Below are positions 61,234-64,000 of a stretch of DNA of 64,000 bases, in pieces. The stretch lies in the IMG/VR virus record IMGVR_UViG_3300038451_000147, positions 1 to 64,000 of that record. One strand, given 5' to 3'. Below the pieces are notes generated by a model, which was not told the DNA's origin, did no database searches, and was given only the letters and a program-made list of their open reading frames with translations. This DNA is from a virus. A program made the translations under genes and the position numbers. Positions within the stretch are counted from its first letter, which is position 1. Each line of letters opens with the position of its first letter.

Positions 61234-62435
61234 GCAAAACTCTCCTCTACCGCCCTCACCAACTCGTCCAGAACGGCTTCTGGATTGTTGATGTGGGCCT
61301 TGGCAGACCCCGCTTCTCTCAAACCGCCACCTTCCATGATGGTTGGATTGGCCGTTCTGAAGACCTTTCCGATGTGAATCGGACTATCCGCTTGGCCGTT
61401 CCTTCCTGAGACATGGATACCATACTTAGGAATGGTGTTGATGACGAACCAAGGCTTCTTGTTCTGGCCACCCAACTTGTTCGCCATTGCCGAGCCGATG
61501 TTCCATTCGTGGCTGATGACGGAGACTCCGTAGTTTCCAGTGACCATCGGGAACTCCAACTTCACGTTATTCTTCCAGTCCTCTGAGACCTTCTTGAACT
61601 CCGGCTTATACTTGATGTGGTTCATGGCCATCATCTGAGTATTGGGATTCTTCCCATCTGTAAAGAGAGGAGATGCCAAACTCCCCTTGGTTATCAGAGT
61701 ATAGAGTTCCAACCAGTTGGGTATCTGCTCCAACTCCTTCATGGCCTCATAACAGAAAGGTGGTGCGGCATTGAAGACCATCCTACGTTGGACATGGAGC
61801 AACTGAGCATAGAAGTCTATGAGACCCCAATCATAGCCTAAATTCGCTTGTGTCGCTAAAAGCCCCTTGAGGCCAGCGTGTCTTGAAAGGATGTCCTGAT
61901 AGATTGGGCCACCCTCTTGGCTGTCGCTTGCTACATCGCCTCTGAGTCCGAGCAAGGCCCACTTCTCCATGTTGGCGATTGGCCATTCCAATCTCTTGGC
62001 CCACTTGTAGACGATTCCAGTGGTGCAGTTCTCAGTAGTTGATTCATAGACAAAGGTGGTGTTACCAACAGGTTCGGTCTTGTAACTAGACAAAAGTGCT
62101 TTGTATGTTGCGTAGTCTTCTGGGGTCTCCACTTCTGAGTCGGGCGGATGGTTGTCCCAAAGCACTACATTGATACCAGACTGCATAAGACTCATGGCCT
62201 TTGAGAGCATATCTAGGCCGCTTCCCAAGTCTAGAAGGTAAGCGGTTTCTGGCTTCAGAGCCTTGATTGCCGCTACATTCGCATCCGTCACCCCAAAAGT
62301 ATCCCAATCTTGCCAGATGATGGTGTGCTTCGAGTTGGGCTTCGTTTGGGTGAGTGCATTGTGGACTATCCTAGTGGCGCACATCCCATCGGTATCTTCA
62401 TCGGTCATAATGACCGTATCCTTGTTCTCGCTCAC
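61230..62435 (-). CDS. DHH-family phosphoesterase (RecJ/GAN-like)
   Basis: DEDTDG, LLDLG, DNH (DHH variant), SGR, GGG..EAG (DHHA1). Confidence 0.75.
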   Translation of the reverse strand: MSENKDTVIMTDEDTDGMCATRIVHNALTQTKPNSKHTIIWQDWDTFGVTDANVAAIKALKPETAYLLDLGSGLDMLSKAMSLMQSGINVVLWDNHPPDSEVETPEDYATYKALLSSYKTEPVGNTTFVYESTTENCTTGIVYKWAKRLEWPIANMEKWALLGLRGDVASDSQEGGPIYQDILSRHAGLKGLLATQANLGYDWGLIDFYAQLLHVQRRMVFNAAPPFCYEAMKELEQIPNWLELYTLITKGSLASPLFTDGKNPNTQMMAMNHIKYKPEFKKVSEDWKNNVKLEFPMVTGNYGVSVISHEWNIGSAMANKLGGQNKKPWFVINTIPKYGIHVSGRNGQADSPIHIGKVFRTANPTIMEGGGLREAGSAKAHINNPEAVLDELVRAVEESFA

Positions 62436-62687
62436 GCCTTTTCACCCGCTACAGCCCCGACCCCAATCTTGAGACCGAAACCGTTTTCGAGTTTGAACAT
62501 GACAGCATGGTTCACTGTCATCTCTTCTGGCATCTCAACAGTCTTCGAGAACTTCTCTCTGGTGCGCTCGTCTGTCACAGTTAGCGCAAGAGTTCCATCT
62601 TTGCTTATCTTGTAGGGGCCGAAATCTCCTTCCCACAATGTTTCTGTTTTCATGGCCTACCCATTCGTTTGAAGGTATTTAAGGATT

Positions 62688-63344
62688 CTAGACAGACTTC
62701 CTTACCCCTTTCATGAAGGTCTCTAGTTTCTTGTGGACTTCCTCTAGAACGATGACATCCTGCTTGTTGTGTTGAACGATGTATCGCATCGAGTTTGGAT
62801 TGACCATCGCCGTCTTCCAGATTGTGGGTTCTAGGGGTGTCTTCTCTTCCACATGGAGCAAAGAGGCAACAGAAGCCAGTCTGTTGGAGTGCAATTGGAG
62901 TTTGGCCTTGACCAGATAGTAGAGGTCAACGTGCTGAACCTCACCATAGGCCGGGAAGTCTAGACCCCAATCCAAGGCGCGAGTCCTTATCATGGGAAGG
63001 TCGAAGCCAGTCCCATAGTAGGTGTAGAGAACGTCATATTGTCTCATCGCGTCTATACACGCTTGGACTGTCCTCTTGTCAAAAGTCTCGGCAAGCGGCT
63101 CATCTGGGACTCTCATGCAGTCCCAAACCATCTCCCTACTGTCTCTAGTCTTGATGGCCCAACTGTAGATAATGTTGAAGTCTCCCTGAAGACCGTTGGC
63201 TTCAATATCTAGATAGCCAACCTTCATGTCCTTATTCATATAGTCATCAAGGAACTTCTTCCAACAGTTCGGGTGTCCTACGCCAGTGTGCGCGTGTTCG
63301 CACTTCCACAGCGCGGGACTGATTAGTGGTTTCTTACCTTTCAT
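62688..63344 (-). CDS. DEDD/RNase H-like (YprB-type) exonuclease
   Basis: LDIEA, YYGTGFDLPMIR, HVDLY, HNKQDV. Confidence 0.85.
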   Translation of the reverse strand: MKGKKPLISPALWKCEHAHTGVGHPNCWKKFLDDYMNKDMKVGYLDIEANGLQGDFNIIYSWAIKTRDSREMVWDCMRVPDEPLAETFDKRTVQACIDAMRQYDVLYTYYGTGFDLPMIRTRALDWGLDFPAYGEVQHVDLYYLVKAKLQLHSNRLASVASLLHVEEKTPLEPTIWKTAMVNPNSMRYIVQHNKQDVIVLEEVHKKLETFMKGVRKSV

Positions 63345-63449
63345 AGCATACCCACCATCGCAATGGTATTTAAGGATTCGCTCATTTTCGCGTCTACTAG
63401 ATGTGTATACGCGAACAGTCTACTTAAGCGTTGTCGTTGATAAAGTTGT

Positions 63450-63998
63450 TTATAATGTTCCAACAGTCACATACCCCTTTGCCGCTTCCAGACCGTCAGG
63501 AGTCCCACAATCGAAGAACTTGCTCTTCGTCTTGATGACATCGAACTTCGTTCCCTTCTGAATCATCTGAAAGAGGACTTGGTTCATGTTCCCATATCGC
63601 AACTGGCCATTCTCCAAAAGTCTCTTGGTAGTCGTCTTCATCAGGTCGGTGAAGATGTCATCCGCGATGTAGGTATCCGCCGTAACATAGGCGTGCTCCT
63701 TAGAGATGAACTCATCCATGAAGTTGTAGTTATCGAAGTAGGAGTCAATCGCACCAAAGACGACCTCTTTGAACTTGGTGTTGACGGTCATAGCCGGGAT
63801 GCCGCTAGTCATCCAAAGAGAGGGGTTGTTAACCTGTCCCTTGCTTCCATTGGTGTCCAGAAAGAGTGTGATGGTCTTATCACTAAAGGTGCTGTGAGCA
63901 TTGTCATTATACCACTTGTTCCACCAACCCTGATTGATTCGGTTGTGGACTATCCAAACCGTATCGGCTGGAACAGCACTGATTGTCCTCTCAAAGAG
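63450..63998 (-). CDS. Possible sugar-phosphate nucleotidyltransferase-like protein (5' end outside the window)
   Basis: Frame is open to the window edge; C-terminal FFDCGTPDGLEAA resembles the W.D.GT...L motif. Confidence 0.4.
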   Translation of the reverse strand, partial: LFERTISAVPADTVWIVHNRINQGWWNKWYNDNAHSTFSDKTITLFLDTNGSKGQVNNPSLWMTSGIPAMTVNTKFKEVVFGAIDSYFDNYNFMDEFISKEHAYVTADTYIADDIFTDLMKTTTKRLLENGQLRYGNMNQVLFQMIQKGTKFDVIKTKSKFFDCGTPDGLEAAKGYVTVGTL

Positions 63999-64000
63999 GC

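Noticed and set aside
60523-63344. Host chromosomal DNA flanking a provirus, suggested by uS2 and a RecJ-like gene
   Set aside because: The same viral promoter motif and overlapping small ORFs continue through the region. uS2 is divergent and lacks its usual operon neighbours. No integrase or att site was seen.
63387-63416. Intergenic hairpin TTCGCGT...ACGCGAA
   Set aside because: A single imperfect stem is too little to assign a function.

Overview
This window is a fragment of a large head-tailed archaeal virus genome (Caudoviricetes-like). No tail sheath, major capsid protein or integrase was seen. The host is probably a TACK/Thermoproteota archaeon, inferred from PriX, an archaeal uS2, an Ard1-like acetyltransferase and archaeal TATA promoters. 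Content: a run of small early genes (0-11.4 kb); a near-complete archaeal-type replication set (PolB, PriS, PriX, MCM-like helicase, RPA-like, RadA-like, RNase HI, ERCC4 nuclease, DHH/RecJ-like); dispersed morphogenesis genes (portal, terminase large subunit, adaptor, head closure, tail terminator, tail tube, frameshifting chaperone, short tape measure, tail-tip proteins); several HNH-like endonucleases; and a family of acidic modular proteins. The standout is a minus-strand operon at 19.7-21.5 kb: a DEDD exonuclease-like gene, then a 187-aa Cas7/RAMP-like gene, then a 269-nt non-coding array of 53 AG(A/C)NN units starting in the RAMP stop codon and split by four 6-nt phase breaks. It looks like a non-CRISPR RNA-guided system (VIPR-like, but with an AGM-NN rather than GGY-NN code). 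Other highlights: a virus-encoded ribosomal protein uS2, two promoter classes implying leaderless mRNAs, and two candidate structured small RNAs. All assignments come from reading motifs by eye; no database searches were run.
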